A stretch of DNA of 44,040 bases from Myxococcota bacterium. Its GTDB lineage: Bacteria; Myxococcota_A; UBA9160; UBA4427. The DNA lies in NCBI GenBank assembly GCA_036336835.1, contig JAYZFK010000014.1:1-44040 (forward strand), read 5' to 3'. The notes beneath the pieces were generated by a model. That model searched no databases, was not told the origin of the DNA, and worked only from the letters and a program-made list of their open reading frames with translations. Shown here piece after piece: positions 1-10,047 of this stretch (the first letter of the stretch is position 1; every line of letters starts with the position of its first letter). Made by a program: the position numbers and the translations under genes.

Positions 1-2
1 GG

Positions 3-584
3 TTGCTGGCGGTGCAGCGCCGCGACCACCGGTTCGATCAGGGGGCCGGCCCGCTTGCCGAGTCGGCGCGCGATCTCGAGGGCGATGAACAGGTCCTGCC
101 CGGAGCTCTCCAGCGCAGCGCGCAGCGGCGCGAGTTCGACCTTGGTGGGCCCACAGAGCGCCGCCAAGGCCATGCGCAGCGACCACGAGCCCCTCTCTTC
201 CGCGAGCGCACGTTCGTATGCGCGGCGCCGCGCCTTGCCGCTCTTCAGCAGCTTCATTCGTTTGAGGATGCGGTCCTGGGCGCGCCGGAGGTCGTCGATC
301 TCCTTGCGGTCGCGCGCTCCGACCTCGAGGCGCTTCTGGCGCTTGGCCTCGGTCGTCTCGGCGCGCTCCTCGATCGCGGCGTAAGCGTCGGCGAGCGCGT
401 CGACCACCGCCGCCGAGTCGAGCCCTTCCAGCGTCTTGAAGGTCGGGTCGAGGGTCGCCGGGAGTTCACCCCGGTGCGCGGCGAGTCGCAGGGCGGCCTC
501 GAACTGGTCGAGGATCTCCCCCTCGTCCTCCGCCAGCGGGAGGAGGCCGCAAAGAGAAGCGAGCAAGCACGTGAGGAGAGACAT
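3..584 (-). CDS. Hypothetical exported helical (HEAT-repeat-like) protein, truncated at window edge
   Basis: Manually translated; absent from ORF track because it runs off the window. MSLLTCLLASLCGLLPLAEDEGEILDQFEAALRLAAHRGELP...LRAALESSGQDLFIALEIARRLGKRAGPLIEPVVAALHRQQ. Hydrophobic N-terminus, amphipathic helical pattern, no stop codon. Confidence 0.6.
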   Translation of the reverse strand, partial: MSLLTCLLASLCGLLPLAEDEGEILDQFEAALRLAAHRGELPATLDPTFKTLEGLDSAAVVDALADAYAAIEERAETTEAKRQKRLEVGARDRKEIDDLRRAQDRILKRMKLLKSGKARRRAYERALAEERGSWSLRMALAALCGPTKVELAPLRAALESSGQDLFIALEIARRLGKRAGPLIEPVVAALHRQQ

Positions 585-668
585 GTCTCAGCACCGTGAC
601 GACGCAGGGAAGGCGAGCCTCTCGATCATAGGCGCCCGGCTGGCAGCGGGCGAGATAGTCTGTCTCCC

Positions 669-1283
669 ATGCCCCCGAGTCACCACACGCCCTGCGGGGA
701 GTTCCGTCACGAGATTCCGCGGATCAAGAACTCCCGCTTCGTCGCCTCAGTCGCCCACGCGAGCTCGACGCAGACGGCGCGGGAGTTCGCGGAGAAGGTC
801 TCGGCGGAGCTGTCGGACGCGCGCCACCACTGCTGGGCGTACCGCCTGGGTCCGGGTGGACGGGAGTACCGGTTCAGCGACGACGGGGAGCCCGGCGGCT
901 CGGCTGGTCGGCCGATCCTGGCCCAGATCGAAGGGCACGCCGTCAGCGACGCGGTCGTGGTGGTGACGCGATGGTTCGGCGGAGTGAAGCTCGGGGTCGG
1001 CGGCTTGATGCGCGCGTACGGCGGCGCTGCCGGCGCGGCGCTCGATCACGCGCCGCTGAGAGTCGTCACGCCGATGTGCAAGTTCGCAGCGCGATTTCCA
1101 TACGAACACGGCCGCGCGATACAGGCGCTGCTCAGCGCGCGGTCCGTTTCGCCGATCGACAGTGACTACGGAGCCGAGGTGCGGATGGTGTTCGAGGTGC
1201 CGGAGCAGGAGGCCGGGGAGTTCTGCAGCGCGCTGCGCGATCGCACCGCAGGTCGCGTCGTGATCGAGGAGCTGCCTCTCTGA
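669..1283 (+). CDS. yigZ: YigZ/IMPACT family protein
   Basis: IKNSRF, ARHHCWAYR, SDDGEPGGSAGRP and VVTRWFGGVKLGVGGLMRAY motifs of UPF0029, plus a C-terminal DUF1949-like domain. Confidence 0.93.
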   Translation: MPPSHHTPCGEFRHEIPRIKNSRFVASVAHASSTQTAREFAEKVSAELSDARHHCWAYRLGPGGREYRFSDDGEPGGSAGRPILAQIEGHAVSDAVVVVTRWFGGVKLGVGGLMRAYGGAAGAALDHAPLRVVTPMCKFAARFPYEHGRAIQALLSARSVSPIDSDYGAEVRMVFEVPEQEAGEFCSALRDRTAGRVVIEELPL

Positions 1284-1344
1284 ATGATGGGGGGGCCCGT
1301 CGCGCTGGAGTCCGGGTATCGAGAGCTACACGCGCCGCGCACCT

Positions 1345-1369
1345 GAGCCGCCGCGTCCATCGGCGGCTC
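1345..1369. terminator. GC-rich hairpin between convergent genes (possible terminator)
   Basis: GAGCCGCCG-CGTCCAT-CGGCGGCTC, a perfect 9-bp stem; only a weak pyrimidine tail follows. Confidence 0.35.
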
Positions 1370-1478
1370 GTTCTACCTTCGCGTCAGGCATGCCATGATC
1401 GCCGCCGGCGCTTCACGCCTGGCGGGCCCGGAAACAGCGAGGTCGACGAGGAGCCTCGGCGAGGACGGCGTCCGCGGG

Positions 1479-1850
1479 TTACTGCGCGCGTCGCGCAGCG
1501 ATGAAGGACCTCACGCACAGCGCGACGAAGACGAGGCACACGACGAACATCAACAGCTGCATGCTCGTTCCGAAGGCGCTTTCGGCTTCGCCGCTGAGCA
1601 GGGCGCCGATGTTGGGGAGGGAGCGCGATCCGGCGCCGCCGGCTCCCAGGACTCCGAGGACGACGGCGGCGTGCACGCACGCTTTTCGCCGTGACTCTCG
1701 AAGCGAGAGGGTGCCCAGCAACGCGATCGGCGTGCCGAAGAAGGCGGGGATCAGCGCGGTCACGCTGACGCGACCGCTGCCGAAGTACCCGATCAGTCCG
1801 ATGACGATCAGCAGGACGCCGATGCCGATGGTGGTGCGAGCCATGGTCAC
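1479..1850 (-). CDS. Small 4-TM membrane protein, unknown function
   Basis: Four hydrophobic segments and an [11 protein letters not shown] motif; start overlaps the pcm stop. Confidence 0.8.
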   Translation of the reverse strand: MTMARTTIGIGVLLIVIGLIGYFGSGRVSVTALIPAFFGTPIALLGTLSLRESRRKACVHAAVVLGVLGAGGAGSRSLPNIGALLSGEAESAFGTSMQLLMFVVCLVFVALCVRSFIAARRAQ

Positions 1851-2638
1851 TCTCTCTCTTCGATCGGCTGCTGCTCGATCGCCCCGATCATCGGGACGAA
1901 GCGAACGGACTCGAGCATCTCCTGCTCGAGCGAGCCGTCAGGGTTCTTGGTGTACCTCCGGAGCTCCTGGATCTCACCCTGAGCTCCGACCGGGATGCAC
2001 AGCCGGCCGCCGGTCACCAGCTGCTCCGCCAGGGGAGCAGGCAGGGTCTCCGGAGCTGCCGTCACGATGATCGCGTCGAAGGGCGCCTGTTCGGGCCAGC
2101 CGTGATAGCCGTCTCCGATCCGGCACTGCACCGAATCGTAGCCGAGGCGGCGCAAGGTCTGCGCGGCGCGGCGTCCGAGTTCTTCGACGATTTCGATGGT
2201 CCAGACGTGCGGCGTGATCTCGGCCAGGACCGCGGCCTGATAGCCCGAGCCGGTTCCGATCTCGAGCACGCGGTCGCCCGGCTGCGGATCGACCAGCTCG
2301 GTCATGGAGGCAACGATGTAGGGCTGCGAGATCGTCTGGCGGTGGCCGATCGGGAGCGGGCGGTCGTCGTGGGCGCGCGCCGCGTCCCCGGCGGGAACGA
2401 AGCGATCTCGCGGGACTTCGCGCATCGCCGCCAGCACCCGCGGATCGCGCACCCCGCGCGCCTCGATCTGCTCTCGGACCATCCGGTCGCGAAGCGCCCC
2501 CGCGTCGATCGGCGAATCCACACGCGGGGCACATGCGGCAAGCGACGCCAGCAGCCCGACGGCCAGCGCGCAGGCGCAGGTGAGCGCCGCGCGCTCGATC
2601 TGGCAGCGGGTACGGTGGGGCAGGAGGTCGGCGCGCAC
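1847..2638 (-). CDS. pcm: Protein-L-isoaspartate(D-aspartate) O-methyltransferase
   Basis: [43 protein letters not shown]. Start uncertain; the N-terminal hydrophobic stretch ends in LAAC. Confidence 0.95.
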   Translation of the reverse strand: MRADLLPHRTRCQIERAALTCACALAVGLLASLAACAPRVDSPIDAGALRDRMVREQIEARGVRDPRVLAAMREVPRDRFVPAGDAARAHDDRPLPIGHRQTISQPYIVASMTELVDPQPGDRVLEIGTGSGYQAAVLAEITPHVWTIEIVEELGRRAAQTLRRLGYDSVQCRIGDGYHGWPEQAPFDAIIVTAAPETLPAPLAEQLVTGGRLCIPVGAQGEIQELRRYTKNPDGSLEQEMLESVRFVPMIGAIEQQPIEERE

Positions 2639-2742
2639 GCGGTACCCGATCCGTTCGGTGGATGTCGAGAGCGTAACCTACACCCCCGGCGCAACTCCTC
2701 TCGCGTATCCTGCCCCGACCACCAACTGCGAGGAGATCCCCG

Positions 2743-4134
2743 GTGGAGGCCCGAGACCGCGATTCCGCCCGCGTCGTGGAGTGGCTGGAGGCCCACTTCG
2801 AGGGCCGGGTCGTCTCCATCGATCGCCAGCCGCGCTGGCGCCCGGTGTGGTTCGCCGACGTCGAGCGCGAGGGCGAGACACTCGCGCTGTGCGTGCGGGG
2901 CGACCGCAGCGACGCGCAGATCGGCTTCACGCTCGAGCACGAGATGCGCTTCCAGCAGCTGCTCGGGGAGCGGGGCATCCCCGTCTCGCGCGTCCACGGA
3001 TGGATCGACGAACCGCGCGCCTACGTGATGGACCGCGTCGACGGCCGGCCCGACTTCGAGGGCACGTCCTCTGAGGACCGCCGAAGGGCGATGGACGACT
3101 ACATCTCGATCCTCGCGCGCATCCACTCGCTCGAGCCCGAGCCCTTCGCTGACGCCGGAATCCTGCGCGCCCCCGAGCCCGCGCAATCCGGGCTGATCGG
3201 CATGCAGGCCTACGAGCAGGCGTATCGGCGCAGGAAGAAGCAGCCCGATCCCTTCCTCGAGTTCTGCCTCGGCTGGCTGGCGCGCAACCCGGTGGACACA
3301 CGGAGCCGCGAAACCCCGATCGTCTGGGACTCGGGCCAGTTCCATCAACGAGACGGCCGCATCGTCGCCGTGCTCGACCTCGAGATCGGACACATCGGAG
3401 ACCCGATGATGGACCTCGCGGGCTTCCGCATGCGCGACACCATCCTCGGCTTCGGCGATTTTGGCGAGCTCTACGATCGCTATGCGGAGATCACCGGCGA
3501 GCCGGTCGACATCGCGGCCATCCAGCACCACCACCTGGCCTTCACGCTGACCAACCAGCTCGCCTTCCACGCGGCGCTGGCCGACCCACCGGCCGAGTCG
3601 GACTTCATGACCAACCTGCAGTGGTGTAGCGAGACGAACCTGTTCGCTGTCGAAGCGCTGGCCGAGATCCTGGGCCTCGAGCTGCCCCCGGTCGAGATCC
3701 CGGAACCGCGCGAGTCGCCGATCGCCACCGCCCACCGCCACCTGGTGACGTCGCTGCGCGAGCTCGAGACGAGCGCTCCGAATACGCAGCACGCGGTGCG
3801 CATCCTGTTCCGACTGGCGCGCCACACCGCGCGCTTCGACGAGATCGGCGACGCCACCAGCCAGGCGGATCTCGACGATCTGGGCGAGCTGCTGGGCCGC
3901 CGGCCCGCGAGCTGGCAGGAAGGCGCCGCGGCGCGCGCGAGGTACGTGCAGGCGGACGGCGGGGTGCACGACGCCGAGCTGGCGCTGCTCTTCCACCGGA
4001 GGCTCACCCGCCTCAAGGCACTGCTCGGCCCGGCCGGCTCGGCGATGGCGCGCCACCTGCCGATCCAGCCGTTCTCGAAGCGCTCGGAGCCGCACACCAC
4101 GGGCTCCGCCAGTGACCCCACACCCAGCGCATAG
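2743..4134 (+). CDS. APH/choline-kinase-like phosphotransferase family protein with C-terminal helical extension
   Basis: LARIHSL, IVWDSGQF...AVLDLEIGHIGDPMMDLA; GAGGAG RBS upstream. Confidence 0.82.
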   Translation: MEARDRDSARVVEWLEAHFEGRVVSIDRQPRWRPVWFADVEREGETLALCVRGDRSDAQIGFTLEHEMRFQQLLGERGIPVSRVHGWIDEPRAYVMDRVDGRPDFEGTSSEDRRRAMDDYISILARIHSLEPEPFADAGILRAPEPAQSGLIGMQAYEQAYRRRKKQPDPFLEFCLGWLARNPVDTRSRETPIVWDSGQFHQRDGRIVAVLDLEIGHIGDPMMDLAGFRMRDTILGFGDFGELYDRYAEITGEPVDIAAIQHHHLAFTLTNQLAFHAALADPPAESDFMTNLQWCSETNLFAVEALAEILGLELPPVEIPEPRESPIATAHRHLVTSLRELETSAPNTQHAVRILFRLARHTARFDEIGDATSQADLDDLGELLGRRPASWQEGAAARARYVQADGGVHDAELALLFHRRLTRLKALLGPAGSAMARHLPIQPFSKRSEPHTTGSASDPTPSA

Positions 4135-4146
4135 TCGGAGGCGCCG

Positions 4147-5565
4147 ATGAACATCCTGCGAAGCGATCCGGTCGCGGCCATCAAGCGGCAACTCGACCAC
4201 CCGGTGATCGACGGCGATGGCCATCTGATCGAATACCAACCGCTGGTGCGCGACTTCGTCGTCGAGCTCGCAGGCGAGGAAGTGGCCAAGCGCTTCGACC
4301 TGCTCGCGACCGGCGGACGGCTGGCTCGCCAGGTTCCGATCGAGAAACGGCGCGAGCTCGGCATGACGCGGTTCGCCTGGTGGGGGGTCCCGACACGCAA
4401 CACACTCGACCGCGCGACGGCGATGCTTCCGCGACTCATGTACCAGCGACTCGACGAGCTGGGAATCGACTTCGCACTGCTCTACCCGACGTACGGGCTG
4501 ACGGTCACCGCACTCGACGACGCGGAGGTGCGCTGCGCGATCGCGCGAGCCTACAACCGCTACTACGCCGAGGCCTATTCGGAGTACTCGGATCGCCTGG
4601 CACCGGTCGCGGCAATCCCGATGTTCACCCCGGAAGAGGCGATCGCCGAGCTCGATCACGCGGTCGGCGAGCTCGGGCTCAGGGCGGTGATGTTGTCCGG
4701 CGTCGTCCCGCGGCCCGTCCCCGGTGCCGAGGATGTGCGCGGCGCGAAGTGGATGGACACGCTGGCCCACGACAGCGACTACGACTACGACCCGGTGTGG
4801 CAGCGGTGTCTGGAGCTCGGCGTGTCGCCGACCTTCCACGCGAGCGGGCAAGGCGTGGGCTCACGCGTCTCACGCACCAGCTACGTGTACAACCACATCG
4901 GCAACTTTGCCTGGGCGGGCGAAGCGGCGTGTCGCTCGCTCTTCCTGGGCGGCGTGCCCAAGCGCTTTCCCGGGCTGCGCTTCGCCTTTCTCGAAGGCGG
5001 CGTCGCCTGGGCGACCAACCTGTACTCGGACATTCTCGGCCACTACGCCAAGCGCGGCGGCTCGGCCGTCAGCCAATACGACCCGGAGGCGCTCGATCGT
5101 GCACTGATCGAGAAGCTGATGCGCGAGCACGGCTCGGCGGCGGTGGTCGATCGGATCGACCGCCTCGACGAGGCGCTGCTGATGTTGAGCGACCCGGAGG
5201 AGGACCGCAGCACACTCGACGAGTTCGCCGACAGCGGCGTCGCCGACGCCGAGGACATCCGCGAGGTGTTCGAGCGGCAGTTCTTCTTCGGCTGCGAGGC
5301 TGACGACCCGATGAACGCGATCGCCTTCGATCGAGACAAGACGCCGCTGCGAGCGCGCATGAACGCGATCTTCGCGAGCGACATCGGACACTGGGACGTG
5401 CCCGACTTCCGCGAGGTCCTGCCCGAGGCCTGGGAGCTCGTCGAGCACGGTCACATGGACGCCGATGATTTCCGCGCGTTCACCTGCGACAACGTGGCCG
5501 AGCTGCTCACCGCCACCAACCCCGACTTCTTTGCCGGAACGGTGGTGGCCGACTCGCTGAGCTAG
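4147..5565 (+). CDS. Amidohydrolase family (Amidohydro_2) protein
   Basis: VIDGDGH, YDPVW..C.ELG...TFH, FAFLEGGVAW, FASDIGHWD; GGAGG RBS. Confidence 0.9.
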   Translation: MNILRSDPVAAIKRQLDHPVIDGDGHLIEYQPLVRDFVVELAGEEVAKRFDLLATGGRLARQVPIEKRRELGMTRFAWWGVPTRNTLDRATAMLPRLMYQRLDELGIDFALLYPTYGLTVTALDDAEVRCAIARAYNRYYAEAYSEYSDRLAPVAAIPMFTPEEAIAELDHAVGELGLRAVMLSGVVPRPVPGAEDVRGAKWMDTLAHDSDYDYDPVWQRCLELGVSPTFHASGQGVGSRVSRTSYVYNHIGNFAWAGEAACRSLFLGGVPKRFPGLRFAFLEGGVAWATNLYSDILGHYAKRGGSAVSQYDPEALDRALIEKLMREHGSAAVVDRIDRLDEALLMLSDPEEDRSTLDEFADSGVADAEDIREVFERQFFFGCEADDPMNAIAFDRDKTPLRARMNAIFASDIGHWDVPDFREVLPEAWELVEHGHMDADDFRAFTCDNVAELLTATNPDFFAGTVVADSLS

Positions 5566-6081
5566 TCAGTCGACGTCCTCGACCTGCGCTTCGATGCGGG
5601 CGATCTCGGCGCGCTCTTCGTCGGTGATCGGCAGGTAGATCGTCGTGATCCCGTATGGCGCGTCCTTGCCCAGGCCCTGGCGCAACAGGACGACGACCTT
5701 CGTCTTGTCCGCGATCAGCTTCTCGAGCTGACCCGGCACCCACGTGGCATCCTCGGTGTCGTTGAGCATCTTGCCCGTGAAGTTTGCCCGGACCTGGGTG
5801 ACGGTCATGCGGCCACCGGTCGGCGTAATCACGAGATCGGTCTTCTTCTTGATCTTGCCCCGGCACGGCTTGGGGAGCTTGGAGTTGGTGACGCCGCCCT
5901 CGGGCCGCGGGAAGTACACGTTCTCACGGCCCTTGGCGTACTTGATCTTCGCCACCTTCTTGCCGGCGTCGTACGACCGGATCACGGCGTACCCGGAGCA
6001 GCTCCCCGCGGCATCGGCCAGGCTGGGCGCGACGGCGAAGGCGGTCGCAAGGACCGCGAGCAAAAGGATGCGGGACGTCAT
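5566..6081 (-). CDS. Hypothetical secreted basic protein
   Basis: GAAGGAGA RBS before ATG at 6081; Sec signal MTSRILLLAVLATAFAVAPSLADA; Lys-rich body with two Cys. Confidence 0.8.
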   Translation of the reverse strand: MTSRILLLAVLATAFAVAPSLADAAGSCSGYAVIRSYDAGKKVAKIKYAKGRENVYFPRPEGGVTNSKLPKPCRGKIKKKTDLVITPTGGRMTVTQVRANFTGKMLNDTEDATWVPGQLEKLIADKTKVVVLLRQGLGKDAPYGITTIYLPITDEERAEIARIEAQVEDVD

Positions 6082-6261
6082 GAGGTCTCCTTCGTCGAAG
6101 TAATGGCGGGGTGCCGGCACCACACCCGAGCTGCCGGCCGGGGGCCCATCTTAGAACGAAACTCGCCGTCCGGCGCGGGTCGAGACGCGGGTTCCCGGTG
6201 GAATATTCACCCGGGTCCGCAGAATTCACGGCTGCGGCCGGACCCGTGGGGCCCGAGTCCC

Positions 6262-6663
6262 CTATCGAGGATCCAGCCGGAGGAAGTAACGCGGCGGAAA
6301 GCCGGTCATGATGCGGAACATCAAGCCGTGGCTGTTCTCGGCCTCGACCCGGTCGTGTTCATCCTCGCTGACTGGCACCGCGAGATAGTCGGCCTTCTCA
6401 CCGGCAAAGGTGACCTGAACGTTCGGGTTCGCCAGGGCCCGATTGAACCAGGCTCTGGGCCAGTGGTTGGCGGCCACGTAGACCTGGGCATTGTTCTCGA
6501 TGCGAGACAGGACCCGATCATCCGAGGTTCCGTCCCCACCCGTGGTGGTGATCACCAGCGTGTCTCCTCCCGCGGGCTGGAAGACGCCGAGCATGGACTC
6601 GAAGGCGATGACGATGCCGACGTAGACCAGGACCACGACCACGATCCGCTTGAACGCTTTCAC
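6262..6663 (-). CDS. Split-beta-barrel nitroreductase/quinone reductase-like (DUF385-related) protein with N-terminal TM anchor
   Basis: AGGAG RBS before GTG at 6663; LVITTTG, YVAANHWPRAWFNRALANPNVQVT, YFLRLDPR. Confidence 0.7.
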   Translation of the reverse strand: MKAFKRIVVVVLVYVGIVIAFESMLGVFQPAGGDTLVITTTGGDGTSDDRVLSRIENNAQVYVAANHWPRAWFNRALANPNVQVTFAGEKADYLAVPVSEDEHDRVEAENSHGLMFRIMTGFPPRYFLRLDPR

Positions 6664-6866
6664 TCTGGGACTCCTGGGGGCACGACGCCCCAGCCGTCTG
6701 GCCACGTAGGGCCTGCCGGGGCCGCCCAACGGATCGGCGCGCCGCTGCGCGGCGCAAATCGCCGACCGCCGCGGAAGCGCCCGAGTTCGAGGCCGAACGG
6801 TACCACGGACCGATCGAAGTGCGATCGGGCCCTGCAGCGCAGCCACCTGTTAGGCCACGCGTTGCT

Positions 6867-7997
6867 CTAGGGAGGTGAAGCCCTCTCGCGCAAGAAGGCG
6901 GCGAGCTCATCTGCGACCAGTGCGTGGCCGTCCGCGTTCCAGTGCGGATCGTGATCGAAGACCAGCGGCCGCCTGGGCGAATCCTGGAAGGCGGGCAGGA
7001 GCTCGACCACCGGATAGTCGAGTTGCGGCGCCACCTGCTCGAAGAAGCGGATGTACTCGGCGTGCCAGGTCGCATCGCTGCCGTATTTCCTCGTTTCGGG
7101 GCTGCCGGGGGCTTCGCTCGCGTCCCAGTGCACGTGGCGCGGCCCGATGACCAGCGCAAAATCGCTTCCCGCGTCGCGCACGGCCGCCGCCAGTGCGTCG
7201 ATGTTGTCGAGCAACGCCTGGAAGAACGGACGCGTCTTCGCGAGCGGATACCGCATCACGAAGAACTGGTCTCGCTGCTCTTCGCCGTCGATCAGGATGC
7301 GCGCCGGCCGCAGGCCGCGCGGCAGCGGCGGCGGGCGCCACTGGGCCACGAGCTGCCGGATCGGCCTGGCGAGGTTCCACAACGCCAGGCCGCGAAGAGG
7401 CGAGTCGGGGAAGGGCTGATCCTCGATCGCAAAGCGTCGCTCGTGAGAACGCCGCCCCCCCCGGACTCGCTGCCCCCCGTACATGTGATCGTCGGCGACG
7501 TCCGTCACGTCGAGCAGCAGCAGCGTCGATGTCGGAGCGTAGTGCCGAACTACGTCGTCGAACAACGCGCCCGAGAGCAGCGGCGAGTAGGTCACGATCC
7601 CGGCGTTCAGCACCCCGACGTCGTCGCGCCCGAGCTCGTCGCGCAGGCGCTGCTCGAGCCGGACCCCCAGCGTCGCCTCGACGGGGAGCCCGTAGCCGAA
7701 TGCAAACGAGTCCCCGAGCACCGCGATCCGCACACCCTGCCGCCGGAAGGCTGCGCGCGACCAGCCGCTGCGCAGCCCGTCCTCGTTCGTCTCGACGACG
7801 TAGCGCTCGAGCCCGAAACGATCGTGCATCCGCGCGTTCGGGGGGTTGCGATGGTGGAGCTGCGAATCCAGGTAGCCGCCGGGCCGAAACACGGGCAGCG
7901 CGAGCCCCGGCACTGCGAGCCGAAGCACGATCTCCGCCGCGACTGCGACTCCGACGAGCGTGCCCGTGAGCAGCGCCAGCTGTTTCACACGCCGCAC
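6867..7997 (-). CDS. SGNH/GDSL hydrolase-like (AlgX/AlgJ-like) membrane-anchored protein
   Basis: N-terminal TM with AEIVLR; TNEDGLR, GDSFAFG, NAGIVTYS and C-terminal DPHWNADGH. Confidence 0.82.
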   Translation of the reverse strand: MRRVKQLALLTGTLVGVAVAAEIVLRLAVPGLALPVFRPGGYLDSQLHHRNPPNARMHDRFGLERYVVETNEDGLRSGWSRAAFRRQGVRIAVLGDSFAFGYGLPVEATLGVRLEQRLRDELGRDDVGVLNAGIVTYSPLLSGALFDDVVRHYAPTSTLLLLDVTDVADDHMYGGQRVRGGRRSHERRFAIEDQPFPDSPLRGLALWNLARPIRQLVAQWRPPPLPRGLRPARILIDGEEQRDQFFVMRYPLAKTRPFFQALLDNIDALAAAVRDAGSDFALVIGPRHVHWDASEAPGSPETRKYGSDATWHAEYIRFFEQVAPQLDYPVVELLPAFQDSPRRPLVFDHDPHWNADGHALVADELAAFLRERASPP

Positions 7998-8046
7998 GTT
8001 GCGAGGCTAGCGACCCCCGACACGCCGTGCGACGGGGTAGGATGCG

Positions 8047-9126
8047 ATGATGGCCCAGTCGAGGATCCCGACGACCAACAGGGCGACCGGAGTCAAGGAG
8101 GTCGAGCCGCACCACCGGATCGACGTGCCGCGACTCGAGGCCTTCCTGCGAGAGCAGCTCGACGACCTCGAGGGTCCGCTCGAGGTGAAGGAGTTCCGCG
8201 GGGGGCAATCGAACCCGACCTATCACCTGAGCGACGGCCACACGCAGTGGGTGCTGCGGCGCAAGCCGCCCGGTGCGCTCGTCGCATCTGCCCACGCCGT
8301 CGACCGCGAGTTCCGCATCCTCTCGGCGCTTCACCCGACTGGTCTGCCCGTCCCCCGCACTCGCCTGCTGTGTGAAGACCCCGAGATCGTCGGCACGATG
8401 TTCTTCGTCATGGACTTCGTGCCCGGCCGGGTCCTGACCGACCCGCTGTTGCCCGATCAGAGCCCGAGCGAGCGCCGCCAGATCTACGACAACAAGATCC
8501 GGACGCTGGCTCGCCTACACCAGATCGACCACGAGGCCATCGGCCTGGGCGACTACGGCAAGCCCGGCAACTACTTCGCTCGCCAGATCCACCGCTGGAC
8601 CCGTCAGTACTCGCAGTCCGAGGCGGGCCGCATCCCCGCGATGGAGCGGCTGATCGAATGGCTCCCCGACAACATCCCGAGCGAGGACTCGACCAGCATC
8701 ACCCACGGCGACTACACCCTCACCAACCAGATCGTCCACCCGACCGAGCCCCGAGTGGTCGCGATCCTCGACTGGGAGCTCTCGACCATCGGCCACCCGT
8801 TCGGCGACCTCACCTACCATCTGGCTCAGCGCCGCTCCGAATCGAGCGAGTTTCACGCGCTCAACGATGACCAGCTCCGCGAGCACGGAATCCCGACCGA
8901 GGACGAATATGTCGCACTGTATTGCGAGCTGACCGGCCGGGACGGCATCGGCGACCTCGACTTCTACCTCGCCTTCCAGCTCTTCCGCAGCGCGGGCATC
9001 ATGCACGGCATCGCCGGCCGCGTGAAGGCGGGCACCGCCGCCGGCGAGGGCGCCGAGGAGATCGGAAAGCTCGCGCACCCGCTCGCCGAGAAAGCGCTCG
9101 AGCACGCTCGAAAGCTGGGCGCCTAG
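8047..9126 (+). CDS. Phosphotransferase family protein (ACAD10/11 N-terminal kinase-like)
   Basis: GGQSNPTY, VLRRKPPG, SAHAVDREFR, HGDY, ILDWELSTIGHP. Confidence 0.93.
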   Translation: MMAQSRIPTTNRATGVKEVEPHHRIDVPRLEAFLREQLDDLEGPLEVKEFRGGQSNPTYHLSDGHTQWVLRRKPPGALVASAHAVDREFRILSALHPTGLPVPRTRLLCEDPEIVGTMFFVMDFVPGRVLTDPLLPDQSPSERRQIYDNKIRTLARLHQIDHEAIGLGDYGKPGNYFARQIHRWTRQYSQSEAGRIPAMERLIEWLPDNIPSEDSTSITHGDYTLTNQIVHPTEPRVVAILDWELSTIGHPFGDLTYHLAQRRSESSEFHALNDDQLREHGIPTEDEYVALYCELTGRDGIGDLDFYLAFQLFRSAGIMHGIAGRVKAGTAAGEGAEEIGKLAHPLAEKALEHARKLGA

Positions 9127-9185
9127 CCCGACCCGCGCCGAACGCCGCCCTGGAAGGAGTCGAGGGACGCTCGGTCGGCTCCGGT

Positions 9186-9974
9186 TCAGGGAACCCTGGG
9201 AAGGCCGGTCAGGTTGGATTCGGAGATCAGGCCTCCGTCGATCACGATCGCCTGGCCGGTGATCGCCGAGGATTCGTCGCTCGCCAGGAAGAGGACGAGA
9301 TTCGCGATCTCCTCGGGCTCGATCGTGCGCTCGATCGGGTGCATGGCCTCGACCTCTTCGCGCGTCTTGAGACCGATGGCGAGCACCTGCTCGAACATGG
9401 GGGTGTCGACGACACCTGGACAGATCGCGTTCACGCGGAGGCCCTTGCGCGCGTACTCGACGGCTGCCGTCTTCGTCAGGTTGATCAGGCCGGCCTTCGC
9501 AGCGCAGTAGGGTGCGTTGCCAGGGCTCGCAACCAGCCCATAGACCGAGGACGTGTTCACGATCGAACCCGATCCCCGCTCGAGCATGTGGGGGATGCAG
9601 GCCTTCATGCCGTACATCGCGGCCGTCAACATCACGCGCAGGCTGTAGTCCCAGCCGTCGGGATCGAGATCCGCGACGTAGCCACCGGTGCTCGTGGCCG
9701 CGTTGTTGAACATCACGTCGATGCGGCCGTAGGTATCGACGCAGCTCGCTACTGCGGCGTTCACGTTGTCGAGCGACGTCACGTCGCAGTGCACGTAGTG
9801 GGCGTTGCCCCCAGCGCTCTGCAGCTCTGCGATGAGCTTCTCGCCCCGCTCGTCCGCGATATCGGCGCACACGACCGACGCGCCCTCGGCGACGAAGCGG
9901 CGCAACGTGGCGGAGCCGATTCCCCCGCTGCCTCCGGTGACGACTGCGGCGTTGCCCTCGAGCCTTCCTGCCAT
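9186..9974 (-). CDS. Classical short-chain dehydrogenase/reductase
   Basis: TGGSGGIG, NNAA, SS, YCAAK, NAICPG; AGGAGG RBS before ATG at 9974. Confidence 0.95.
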   Translation of the reverse strand: MAGRLEGNAAVVTGGSGGIGSATLRRFVAEGASVVCADIADERGEKLIAELQSAGGNAHYVHCDVTSLDNVNAAVASCVDTYGRIDVMFNNAATSTGGYVADLDPDGWDYSLRVMLTAAMYGMKACIPHMLERGSGSIVNTSSVYGLVASPGNAPYCAAKAGLINLTKTAAVEYARKGLRVNAICPGVVDTPMFEQVLAIGLKTREEVEAMHPIERTIEPEEIANLVLFLASDESSAITGQAIVIDGGLISESNLTGLPRVP

Positions 9975-10022
9975 GCGGGTTCCTCCTTGCTGAACAGCGC
10001 CAGCGATCCTACCTCGGCCAGA

Positions 10023-10047
10023 CCCGCGCAAGGGAATCTTGCGCGGG
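10023..10047. promoter_or_regulatory. Perfect 10-bp inverted repeat (operator-like site or hairpin) about 50 bp upstream of the SDR
   Basis: CCCGCGCAAG-GGAAT-CTTGCGCGGG. Confidence 0.4.

Noticed and set aside
2302..4851. Long antisense ORFs (e.g. 2302-4851, 31846-34212, 34459-37269, 17251-18849)
   Set aside because: They are typical high-GC shadow frames opposite well-supported genes and show no family motifs.
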